DNA of 64,000 bases. Origin: Eledone cirrhosa. Taxonomy: Eukaryota. This document shows, in pieces, positions 63,946-64,000 of the stretch (positions are counted from its first letter, which is position 1; each line of letters opens with the position of its first letter). The translations under genes were made by a program, and so were the position numbers. The stretch is from the NCBI GenBank assembly GCA_964016885.1, contig OZ024760.1, forward strand, positions 6,262,001 to 6,326,000, written 5' to 3'. The notes beneath the pieces are model-generated. The model ran no database searches. It was given only the letters and a program-made list of their open reading frames with translations, and was not told the origin of the DNA.

Positions 63946-64000
<55 letters not shown>

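Overview
Eukaryotic, AT-rich, highly repetitive animal DNA. It is most likely intronic or intergenic sequence from an octopod cephalopod, inferred only from the repeat landscape. There are no prokaryotic genes, no CRISPR array and no intact protein-coding gene. Nearly all long ORFs in the track are translations of micro- or minisatellites. Recognisable content: two tRNA-headed SINE families (about 30 full or partial copies), 3' fragments of RTE-, CR1- and R4/Dong-like LINEs, piggyBac-type (TTAA) and hAT-type MITEs, many tandem arrays (several grown out of SINE or MITE internal segments), and a few weak micro-exon candidates. The main signal missed by the ORF track is a dense set of type I hammerhead ribozyme motifs (stem I-CUGANGA-stem II-GAAA-stem III-UH-stem I). 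About 12 are well formed and several more are decayed, in at least 7 sequence families. They sit mostly in 200-600 bp non-coding elements lodged in (TA)n microsatellites. They include a tandem ~591-bp retrozyme-like array with a U3-A8 core variant, a motif with a 115-nt stem II domain, a pair with compensatory stem changes, and several copies converted into long fold-back palindromes. Penelope-like retroelements or retrozymes are the known context for such motifs, but no autonomous partner ORF is present here. All folds were assigned by eye and catalytic activity is untested.
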